Source of the DNA: Cycas panzhihuaensis
Taxonomy: Eukaryota > Plantae > Cycadophyta
Assembly: GCA_023213395.1 (NCBI GenBank)
Contig: CM041465.1
Span: 162,261,741-162,325,740 of the forward strand
Length of the DNA: 64,000 bases
Direction of reading: 5' to 3'
A model generated the notes under the pieces. The model saw nothing but the letters and a program-made list of their open reading frames with translations. It was not told where the DNA came from and did not search any database. Shown piece by piece: positions 36,522-47,887 of this stretch. A program made the position numbers and the translations under genes. How positions within the stretch are numbered: position 1 is the first letter of the stretch; each line of letters begins with the position of its first letter.

Positions 36522-39500
36522 TGTTAGAATATAATGTTTAATGTATATGTGTTCTATGTAAAGCATGTCTTAGAGCCAATAGAGTTATAGTCCTAAGTAT
36601 TAGAGTCTAAGGGTCATACATTATAATAATGTTATGTGGGAAGTTAGAAGGTCATTAGTTAGTTAGTTGGTGAAGTGCCATTGGTTAGGTTAGAGGTATT
36701 TGTCCTACATATGTCCCACATCTTGTATGTACTCCCTCTTATGTTGTATAAATAGGTGGTTGAGGTAGAGTATGTAATCAAGTCATCATGGAGACTCATG
36801 TTGAGTCTATGGTGCATTAGTGTTCTTATGTAATCTGCTTATGTTGAGTTAACACAAGTTATGCTTTGTTCATTAATATTGTTGATTGTTGTTGGAGTTG
36901 AATGCTTCCCATGTTAAAATCTAACATGGTATCAGAGTAGGCCATCCTGCTATAAGAAGAAGATTGAGAAGACTGAGAGAGGAGAAGTTCAGTGAAGGAT
37001 AGAGCATTCAAAGCAAGGAGCTGGCTTCATTAAGCCGTTGCTGGATTGAGATCAAATTGAAGAAAAGTTCAAGGCCTTGTTGATACAAAGTGAGCCAATG
37101 TTGGTGTGAAACAAGAATTTTTACCAGGTAATATCACTCTTTTATTGTGTTGTATGAAGTGGCCATGTGTTAGGGTTTCCCTTGAAGTTGAGACCGATAT
37201 GTATGAGGGATGTTTGGAGACTGTTTGGTGGATCCATATTTTGACTACTACGTCATGTCTATAGATATCTGCTTGCCAGTGTTTATTAGTTGCTTGCATT
37301 GATTTAGGGTTTGGTGAAACCCTAACTCTAGGCCTATTACAAGTAAGTGTTGGCTTTGTGTGAAAGATTTACAATCATGGAAAAGGTGCTCAGCTATGTG
37401 AATGAAGTACAAAATCAAACCCTAGCCACAGAAGATTGACCTGCATATACAAGGAGAAGAGAAAGACATGCATTTGAGAGCCATGAGATGCTTGTCTTCA
37501 ATATCTTAAGCAAACTCAAGGTTTATCTCCTATGCAATTTTGTATTGTAACACTGAGAGAGCTGTAATCAACCATCCACCTGCCTTACTTGTTTCATGAG
37601 AGTCAAGAACCTTCTAGAGAGGGCGATGGGAGTCAAGGACCTAATAGCACCAAGGGCTGACTAATAACAGAGCACAAACATCTCGTTGAGGAAGTCTAGT
37701 ACTGATTATTTGAACCCCTTGGGGTACTATTACCTTGCACCAATGTAAGTGCTCCATATCCTCATCTGGGTTCCTCGAATTCTCCTCCATATCATATTCA
37801 TATAGTGTTGCCCTCTATTATACCAACTGAACATGTTTTTCTCCTCTTCGCCACTTATGCTATAAAAGATCGAAGTAGAAAGTCCCCTTCTGCGTTTTCC
37901 TCTATCAGTATTCAACCTTCAGAAAGTATACCCGTATTAGGAGAATTAAATTCCCAAAGTGTTTTAAGCGGAACTGGGGGGTTGACGCTTCCATAGTCTT
38001 TGGAGGAGCACCAGAAGAGCAGGGAATGGCCCACTGATCTGCCATCACCCAGTCGCAACCAATATTACATGCATTTGAGAACCTTGAGGCAAAGCAAGAA
38101 TGGAAGAGGGTGCAACCCTGTGACACAAGCCTTGAAAAGTCGACTCTGCGTGGCACTCCTCTGCACATCCCTGCTGATTCTCGATCTACCTCCTGTTCTG
38201 TGGCTCCTCGTTCTCGTGTAATCTCCGTCGGGATTCTTGGCTGCCGCCTCACCTACACAGAATTGTGTGAACGGGTGCTCACATTCCGTCAAGCCTGGTG
38301 ATCTCCTGAACCTATAAATTGATTGAGAATATTGTCGTTGCCTCGCCTAGTGTTCTGGCCTAAATGCCCTTTTGTGTTCATTCATTCTTAGAATTAAATT
38401 AAATCAATGTGTATAAGGTTGGTTGGGTTCGTTGGTATGTTAGGGTATTGATATTTGATATATCAATTTAACCCATTGCAAGCTCCCATTTTGGTTAAAG
38501 ATTATTATCCTTGGTGTTGTTCCATCAAGTGTTCTTTTATGAGTACTCTTTCAAGTTAATGGATGTGATCTTTTTGTGGGTGATGAACTAATGTCTCAAT
38601 GGTGATATAAAGTGATTTTAGTTCTGCATGTAAGAATTTAATAGGCGAGTAAGGGCAAAGGGGACAAGTTATTGGGTGGAGATATTTGAATTGCAGGAAA
38701 GGAAGCAAACCTTGTTAAGTGGCTTTAACGTAGCCATGTGATTTGAGGCATTCTTCTACTGATTTGACGGATTTATTTCAGGTTGAAGTTAATTCTAAGT
38801 AATGTGTTTTTAATCAACTCTCTCTCAAATCATGGAATTGTAAGATATTATTGTCTTTGTATTAGATAAAAATGAATACTGGTTGACAGATCTTCCTTTC
38901 TCTTTACCTAAGTATATGGGAACAAATTTCCGTTTTTGGGCAATTAAAATGGAAAGCATATTTATGATTAAAGGATTGTGGAAAATCATTCTTGGTATTA
39001 AAGTGGCTAATGAAGAAGGGGAGGAAACCTTCAAGCAGAAAAATAGAATAGCCATTGACATAATGCTTGCAGTCTTTGACAAGGAAAATCTTCCTTCTTC
39101 TTATCACTTTCTCCTTCATGCACTTCAATGTATTGATTCTGACGCATATGAAAAGAGCCCCCAAGAGGTGTAAGAGGCTCTTGAAAAGACAAATGAATTT
39201 TGTGATACAGGTAGCAAGGACCAAGCAGGAGAAAAGGACATTCTTGGACAGACTGGATGCAGTAACTTGATCAAGAACCAAAAAAAGAAACTAAAGAGGA
39301 AAGTGAAAAGAGAAAAACAAGTTGATTCTAATAAGACTAATTCTCATATAGATTCATTTGTCACTCATAAAGGAGATGAAGAATTGCATGAACCTATTTC
39401 TGAATATAAGACAGATGAGCACTATTTGAAATCTAAAGACATGATCTCACCAATCACCTTGAGCCCCAACATGATGACAAGAAAGCCTGCATTGGAAATT

Positions 39501-40903
39501 GCTGAAAGTATGGAGGTTGAAAAATCCAGAAGTGACTTCAAACATCAACCAACCTTTACAGCTGGTACTTCATGGAGACACAGGCACCTCAATGGAAAAT
39601 GTGGGTAATATTATCTTAATTTGTGGTGATAGATTTGTTGTCAGGGTTCAAATGATTTTAGGGCATATGGTTATTCGCACATGTATGAGACTCTCTATGA
39701 TTACATTCAACTCAGTTGCATTTTCTGTTCTTATCTTTGAAAGAATCCAAATTGTGATAGCATACCCTACAAAGACTTTAGAAGATTCATTCAAAGAAAG
39801 AAAGAACATAGCCAGAATATCATTTGATCAAAATCTTGTCCACCAAGATCATTGTATGTTTTGGGTAGCCACTTAAGTATGAAATTCAATCATGACAAAG
39901 TGAAGTTCTATCTTTATGTAACCATAATCGGGAAACATGTGCATGTAGTCATAATAGAAATTCTCATCATATTTGGCACAAAGAATTTCTTAAATGATAT
40001 AGAGAAAACAAAGTATCTTATTGGTTCTGAACATGTACCTGCACAGGTGGAGTTAAGAAAGGAATCATTGTTCCTCTTTTCCTTTCAAGGAAGTGCTTAT
40101 TGGCTCAAGAAGTTGATCGTCCTAGTAGACTTGGAGACAAACAAGGAGTCCATTCTCTTCATGGAGTTGAAATCATATGTCATCATACTTGATCCAACAG
40201 ACAAAAATCAAAGGAGACCATACCTACAGCTGGAATACATAGGAAGAGTCATCAAATAGGAAGCAAGAGGTGACATAACAAACACAACATACAAATTTTG
40301 TAGCATTTTAGTTGAAGATCAAATTTATGACATCATCTTCAAAAAAGTTTTAAAACTCGGGCATTGAAAATTCAAACAACACTTCAAGTCAAGTCTTATG
40401 TCAGTTTGTGTCAGTCATGTTGTCAGTTCTTAGAAGTAGGTGTCACAATGTCCTTGTTCAGTGTTCTTGTAGTCATAACATTAAACATTAAGGGGAGGTG
40501 TTAGAATATAATGTTTAATGTGTATGTGTTCTATATAAAGTGTGTCTTAGAGTCAATAGAGTTATAGTCCTAAGTATTAAAGTCTAAGGATCATACATTA
40601 TAATAATGTTATGTGGGAAGTTAGAAGATCATTGGTTAGTTAGTTGGTGAAGTATCATTGGTTAGGTTAGAGGTATTTGTCCCACATGTGTCCCACATCT
40701 TGTATGCACTCCCTTGTATGTTGTATAAATAGGTGGTTGAGGTAGAGTATGTAATCAAGTCATCACGGAGACTCATGTTGAGTCTATGGTGCATTAGTGT
40801 TCTGATGTAATTTGCTTATGTTGAGTTAATACAAGTTATGCTTTGTTCATTGATTTTGTTGATTGTTGTTGGAGTTGAATGCTTCCCATGTTAAAATCTA
40901 ACA
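36522..40903 (+). mobile_element. Non-autonomous Copia-derived element F (gag N-terminus only, no pol; TR-GAG/LARD-like)
   Basis: Highly similar 405-bp LTRs 36522-36926 and 40499-40903; TSD gttct/gttcc; PBS TGGTATCAGAGT 36927-36938; PPT AAGGGGAGG. Confidence 0.93.
38832..39170 (+). pseudogene. gag: Copia Gag N-terminal domain of element F
   Basis: LPKYMGTNFRFWAIKMESIFMIKGLWKIILG...KNRIAIDIMLAV resembles 47888 NYSIWKLKMQGLLMAKNAWAIVTG...KNRIALVVIMLS. Confidence 0.8.
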
Positions 40904-41145
40904 GTTCCTCTTTATTCCAAGTGTTTTGTATGGATGTTCCATGTAATTATTGCAATTCTCTAGAGTGGAAATTCAAATTTGTAGATCCAAGGAGATGGAT
41001 TATGTTCCTTTGAGTATATTTCCCTCCTCTAAGAGCATAAAGAACTATGAAGAAGCAAAAGGAGAGAGCTAGTGATGTTTGGGTACTTACCTAGCATAGA
41101 TGAGCACTTAAGAAAAAAGTTGAGAAGGTTTAAAGAAGTAGTCTA

Positions 41146-42860
41146 TGTTGAAATAGAATTTTTCCATCACTTCCAATAGAATCAATCAATTATAAAATCA
41201 TGTACAATAGGACTGCACCTCTCTATTTAAGATGAGGATAGTTGAACAACTCAAAATTGAAAATTATTTTAACAACTGACTTAGTTATCTTAGCAAAGTC
41301 AGCTAATTTTTCCATAACTTAACCATAATTTAACTAAACATGAGTTACTTTGTAACCTTAGTGAACTCAGTGTAACAAATATAATAAAGTACATTACATA
41401 ATGTTACAATACATGGATGAGTGATATTATTACTCATCATTCTTCCTTACTTAGGAGGAAATTGTCCCCAATTTTGCCAACTATTGCAAATGTGGAAAGT
41501 CTCAGTCAAATGTTGCTTGTACTACACAGGAAGGCCATCATTCTTGCTCATCGGGTATGTGACAATTTGTTTGCAATGTGTAGTGTATGTCATGGCATTC
41601 AAAAGAATGCCAATTGGAAGTGGAGGCTAAAAATTAGGTATCATGTCCTTTGGATGTTGCACTTCAACTTCATCTTCCAACATAGGTGGCTCATGCCACT
41701 TGAGATTGTTGATGTTGAAGACATCGTGCATCCCAAGATGAGGTGGTAGCTCAAGGTTGAAATCATTGATTATTATAGCCTCAATGATCTTGTATTATCC
41801 TAAACCAATTGGATTTAAGATTATGGTGAGCCTAATATTTAAATCGTTGCTTGTTGACGTGGAGCTAAGCTCTGTCACCCACTTGGAGTCATGTGGAACC
41901 CTACATTGATCATGTTCAACTTTGTATTCTACCTAGGATTGAATATGTATCTCTTGGATTCTAGCTTGCATTCTCTAGAGGTGCTCTGCAAACACAACTA
42001 TTTTCCACTACTTTGTTAGCTCATGCCATGTAGTGACTAAAGTGCAACTAGAAGCTCATAGGGATTTACAAACTAAAGCCCATAACACACCTCAAAGGGA
42101 GTGTGTTTCGTGATACAATGCATTACATAGTTGTATTGATGTTAAATGGTTGTAAGAGATTGATCCCATGGAGTAGTTTCATGTTGATGTAAGCAAAGGG
42201 AGTGAACTAGGGCATTGGAGCTTGCATCCCTGAAGTTTCCATAGTGTGTGCCAAAAGTGGCTAACGAAACTTGCATCTTGGTTTGAAATGATAATAAGCA
42301 ACAACCTATAATTGACCTAGATGTAGTCAAAGAAAAGTTAGCCAGTATGTGATGAATCAATTGTTTTATCGCACAAAATGACTACTACCATCTTCGAATA
42401 CATGTAAACCATGACCAAGATGAAGTTGTGTTTATGTTGAGCTATTGGAAATTCATTGGCGAAATCCATGGAGATGGACTCCCAATCACAAGATGGTATC
42501 AATAGGCACTGATATAAACTTGCCTTCCAATTGGAGGGCTTATATCGGTTTCACAAAGCACAATGCTTCATGAATTACTCTATGTGCTTCTGCATAGATT
42601 TTTAATAAAATACTTATACAAATTTTGTAGGGTCTTCAAAATCCCAAAATCTTCCCTATAGTTGGAAGCATGTTCTTCCTTCAATAGCTAGTCTGTGTGA
42701 CCTCATGGCACACAGTTGATGGTGATAACATAGTAAGCCATCTTGCAAATGGTTGTTGATTAACTTAATTGGGCTACTAGATTTAAGCGAAGGTAGTGTC
42801 GAAGTCAGGGTCAGCGCTATAGGAATTCTACCACTCGAGATAACCAACACGTCTTTGTAG
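41146..42860 (-). mobile_element. 3' part (integrase, chromodomain-like tail, PPT, LTR 41146-41439) of a G2-related Gypsy element
   Basis: The minus strand gives WESISMDF and LPPHLGMHDVFNINNLKWHEPP...HPKDMIPNF, homologous to the G2 tail. The LTR starts TGATGAGTA, as in G2. Confidence 0.75.
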
Positions 42861-42899
42861 TGTCTTCAAATAAGTTGTGGTGTCCACACTTGATATCTA

Positions 42900-43900
42900 G
42901 ATTTCTAATGGTGTTGCTATTAAGAATGTATTGTACACTAGCTCTAGAGGGGTGTCAAAGAACTTTCTTTTGAAGTAATTCTCCCATTGTACCTTATGAC
43001 TTTCCATTGCTTTACCCTTGTTTCAACCTGTGTCCTTTAAGTCTCCTCCTAGTTATGGTTTCCATTTACTTTTGTTGTTGCCTTGCCAAGGTTTGATAGA
43101 TGGGCCTCTAATGTTTTTGGGCTTGCTTCTAACACTCATTCATTTTTTGAGATTAAGGTTGTCCATAATCCATCGTCTTCTAACTTATTGGCAGCCTTGT
43201 CCCTTCTTTTGCTTGATGACAATGTGCTTCTTTTAAACTTTCATTGCTTACACTCCTTGGCCCATTGTATTACCCTTTGTCTAATTAACCCTATTATTCC
43301 TTTGTTTGGAGACTACCTTAGTGGCATTGGAAGGCCCCCTCATTGTTGAGGGTTTAGTTAGAACCACCATAATGATGATAGCTAGAGTCCTTGATATTTT
43401 GGGCATATGGTCACCCTTGGCAAGACTTTGGTTTGTTTCTTTAGTTGAAAATTTTAGCAATGAAACCAATGTTGACAATGACTCTAGACACCAATTGTCC
43501 AAGGCTACCCATTCGTGCCAAGGTCATGCATCTTGTTCAATTTGGCATTGATATCTTCATAGCTCCATGTTTTGTGTCTCTAATATTTTTGCTTGGTGCA
43601 TGTTAGTCTTCATATGTGCATATTACAAATGGAAACATTCACACAAGCATACTCATGATCATAACAAATTGCACATATTTGCCACGTAACTCATGTATTC
43701 ATTAAATGATGACCAAGTACAATACATAGGATACCTATTGCTTCGATATACTTGAATGGTTTTGCTTTGGCATTGAAATTGAGTGAGAAAAGGCCTATAA
43801 ATACCCAAATAGGTGACCTATTTACCCATAAGGTACAACCATTCCGAATGTTCATTGACTTTTCATAACAACTTGTCATTATTACACAACATATCATTAA
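42900..43900 (-). mobile_element. 5' fragment (LTR end at 43470, PBS, leader, gag start) of a G1-related Gypsy element; outer limits uncertain
   Basis: TCAACA-T-TGGTTTCATTGCT; leader 43320-43392 homologous to 11990-12062; gag frame RQRVIQWAKECK vs G1 RQRALRWAKESK. Confidence 0.7.
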
Positions 43901-44199
43901 CAAAAGGTGTTGGTCCATACTTTTGTGCATATGTATGGTCGCACTGCACCATCTCCATTGTAGCTATGCATGTTTTACTTCCAACCATTCATGTTCAATA
44001 CTGACCATTCTTGTTCTATACTAGTTATTTTGTTCCAACTATTTCCATCTTATCCGAGTTTTACAACCATTCTCAAAGAGTCAACTCTCAGTGTTGCAAC
44101 CGTTCTAGCAATTCTTGCAACCTTTCTAGCCCTTCTTTGAATAGTTTCTCATTGTCATTTTATTGTTCCCATCTATTAGTGCCATTTCTATCCACCTCA

Positions 44200-44640
44200 A
44201 GTGCCTATATGCTAGATTTTTTCCATATAGCTACATCAAGGTAGTAGCACTCCTATTGGCTCTCTTTGGTTTAGTTCTCCTCACAAGCTCACATATATAA
44301 GAAATCATCAAAGAATTTGTTATCACAATTGCTACTTGTTTTTGCTTAAATATTATATGCAAAGTCCCCATGAAATATCATGGATAGTGAAGTTAAAAGA
44401 CACCTAGGGTAACGAGTCCATAGTCATCTTAAGGAACTTAAGCGATGATAGCGTCCATTAGAGATTATGTTTTTACCACATCCAACAAAACATTCTTAGG
44501 GTTATAATAATAATGCATGATCATTTTTGGTTTGTCAGTCCAATGTTATTCTTTCCAATAGCTCATGTTGATATGAGATAAACACAATTTTTTAAAGTTG
44601 TTGATTGGCTTGCCAATATCTTATGATATCTACCTAATAA
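44200..44640 (+). pseudogene. Possible very decayed RNase H (RVT_3 / plant LINE-type) remnant
   Basis: Fragments IRNHQ, *GNESIVILRNL....*RL and KVVDWLAN occur in the expected order. Confidence 0.35.
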
Positions 44641-45500
44641 TTATAGTGGATGACCCTATAAACTGGGAGACCTGTATTATCAATAATAATAAGCATATAT
44701 TCCAATAGCTTGTATGGAAAATCAAAATAAAAGAGAAAAAACTAGCAATGTGTGCAAAGGCATGGAAAATTAACTTTGAGATGTGCATTGTCAAATAGAA
44801 TATGATCATAAGATTACAATAGCATCAAAGTAAGTTAGGTAAAGAAGTTATTTTTTAAAGTTTAATGCTAATTCTAGTATTGATTTTACATTCATAGGAT
44901 TCATCAAGTTTTTGGAGCCTCACTACATGATTCTCATCACAAAACGGAGACAAATAGGAAATATATGTGGCCATGTCATATATGGAATAACAAAGAGTCG
45001 GATAATTTTGGTTCCACATCCTTCTGTACGATCAAATTTGGCATATTCTAAAGATGAGCAAAGGTATTTACTATTTAGGTCCTTCCTTTTATAGCTAGAA
45101 AGTACTTATGTTGAAATGTAATTTTGGAAGATTCAAAATATAACATGTTAAGCTCTCATTCTTTTCCTACTTTTAAAAATATAGAATTCAAATAATGTGA
45201 TCTTGGATAACGGAGTTTGTCATACTATGTTTCCCAACCTTCACAAAATCCAAGGAAATTTATTTTGAAGCTACTTTGAGAGTTCAAGGGGTATGCTTTG
45301 GTTGTTATAAGTAGGTCATCTTTCTCCACTATTAGCCTAATCTATAGGGGCTTATATGTTTGATTCATGTGATGAAGTATATTTAAGAAGGTAATCTAAA
45401 ATATGTCTAGTTAATTTGTTAGAGGTCCTAAAACTATTATATGCTTGACAAGTTACATAAAATTTAGTCAAATGTCAATATACATATCATGACTCATCAA

Positions 45501-45860
45501 AGATCATGTTGGGTCTATTATCTATAAACCCTTGGAATATTATGAGAGAGTATGTCTTACACATCACCTAATTATGCTAAATTGTGATGAATTTAAACAT
45601 GGAGATAATATAAGATTGAGCTAAAGGTAATTATGTTATTGTGTTCTAGGATTAGGCAATTTTCTATGGTTCTCCTTAATAGATCATGGTTTGGTCTATT
45701 AGTTATAAATCCTTTGGAATATTATTTGAGAGTATGCTTTGCACATCACCTAATTATTTTAAATTGTGATGAATTTAAAGATGGAGACAATATAAGATTG
45801 AGTTGAAAATAATTTAAATATTGTGTTATAAAATTAGGGAATTTTCTATGGTTCTTCTCA
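45501..45860. repeat. 180-bp tandem duplication (two diverged copies)
   Basis: Units 45501-45680 and 45681-45860 both start agatcatg and share cacatcacctaattat...aaattgtgatgaatttaaa...aattttctatggttct. Confidence 0.9.
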
Positions 45861-46035
45861 TCACCAATTTAGTTTCTTTGGCCTTGTATTTGTTTTTGTT
45901 GTAAATTTGATTCCATTGAGATTAAAAATTACATATCATTGCAATGAAAAAGTGGATCAAAATTGGCTCCCCACCACCCCAATAAGTGAGCCATACCTCA
46001 TAAGTAAGACAAAATTAAAGATGTACATAACCATG

Positions 46036-47830
46036 TGTAAGGTCCCAAAAATGTACAAAAATGAAGCCGAAGACAAACATTGATTGACTAATAGGCCAAT
46101 AGACCCAACATTGATTAACTAATAGACTAATAGACCCAATAGCCAATGGACAATGTCATTGAATCAAAAGTGGACTAGTTGAATTACTTCATCTAGTAAC
46201 ACCATGATACCAATGGGCATTCTGCAAGGCATACTATAGCAACTACAAGGACCATTTTGTTGTGGCATCCAAACATTATATCTCCATGTTCACTTTGAAC
46301 ATCACAAGTGTAGGTAATACAATGAAAACTATAGGGAGCATTTCATAGGGCATTTAAGTAATAGGTCAACTTCAATACAAAGGGCACACCAATAGTAGGT
46401 TGGCATAGTATACCAATGGTAGGTAGGCTTGGCATTCCTATAGAAGGTCAAATGTGAGATTATGAGCATTCCAACAGAAGGTTGGATGCAGCATATTATG
46501 TATCCAAGCAGGCATAACACAAGGCACACAAGCATATGAAGGGTTGAAATATGAAATATTTATGGTCACCATAAATAGTTAGTGTCTATAATTATAACTA
46601 TTTGGAGTTGTGAAAATTAATGTTGCATTCCTACATCCCAAGACGAATACTAATTTCAAATGGAATTTAAAAAAGATTAAAATAGTTAAGATAAGGTTGC
46701 ATTCGCATAACCCAAGAAAAATATAGACTTCAAATATAATTAAAAATTATTAAAATAATCAAAGTAAGCCACTATATAAAGGCTTGCTTATTAGACTTTA
46801 GAATCATGAGTTTATTTTGATTTGGAATTTAATCCTTTAGGTACATTTGGGGCCAAAGATGTTTCTACTGTAAGTTTCTATTGTAATTTAAGAATTTCCT
46901 TTCTATTTTAGTTTTGGATTCATCACAAGTGGTATCAGAGCACGATTTTAGCCAATTAGGGTTTTATCAAAATCTACAAATTTGGAGGTATAAATGACTA
47001 AATTTAGAAAAAGCAATGATATATTTGAAATAATCAAATTTGTGCTATAAATTTTGAGTGGTTATACTACAAGCTTTAGTATAGAGTTGCAAGAGTTATA
47101 AAGGTTTCAATCATGGCCTACTGTTTATCACCATTTATAAGGTAGGAAATCTACTACAATAGCTTCCAATGACTATAAGTTTTGCCACAGGTATTTGATT
47201 GATCTTTTTCTTTTTTCTTTTTTTCTTTTTTTTTCGAATAGGTGTGTCTTGAAATATACTTTCTGATAAAAGTGGTTTCAACTCAATTGGATGTTAAAAT
47301 CAAAAGTTATCAAGATTTTAGTAAGAGGTATTATTGTAGTCCCCAAAAATCTTAAATTTTGATCAACTTCAAAAGGTTATTACATGAGCTACAGGTCTCC
47401 AAATAACCTCAAATTAGATTCATTGAATTTTTTTCTTTTTTGCTATCTTTCCATAAAAAAGTATTCCATTCAATTTTTATGGTTATAATATAATTTATTT
47501 TAAGGTTGGTGATGGAAATTTTATTTTCTCTCCTATGTAATTTTTCCCACTTGTAGCAAGCTTTGAGCCACTTGATGTTTAAGAAAATTAAGTTTGTTGA
47601 CTTTCATCCAAGATTTGAGAAATTTTAAACATTCATTCCTCAAAAACCTTATTTGGTCATACCATTTTCGGGTTATTTTTTGAAGAATCCAAAAGGAATT
47701 TTCAAAAAAAATTTACACATTTAAGAAGAGCATAACCACACCTTTCTTTTAAGGCCATTTTTTTCTGATTTTGTATATTTGTACTTTTCTATACAAACCC
47801 CATACAATTGTACAGTCATATGGCCTGCTC
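46036..47830 (+). mobile_element. Gypsy 5' LTR (~46036-46927), iMet PBS (46930-46941) and G2-like leader
   Basis: TGTAAGG...TCACA followed by TGGTATCAGAGC. 47730-47825 aligns with the reverse complement of ~28000-28080 (G2 leader). Confidence 0.7.
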
Positions 47831-47887
47831 ATAGTCTCATACCTTTATTTGACATTTCTTCTCAATAAACAATGAATCAACTCAAAA

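Noticed and set aside
38065-38292. TECEHPFTQFC as a captured RING-finger fragment
   Set aside because: Too few zinc ligands and no flanking RING pattern.
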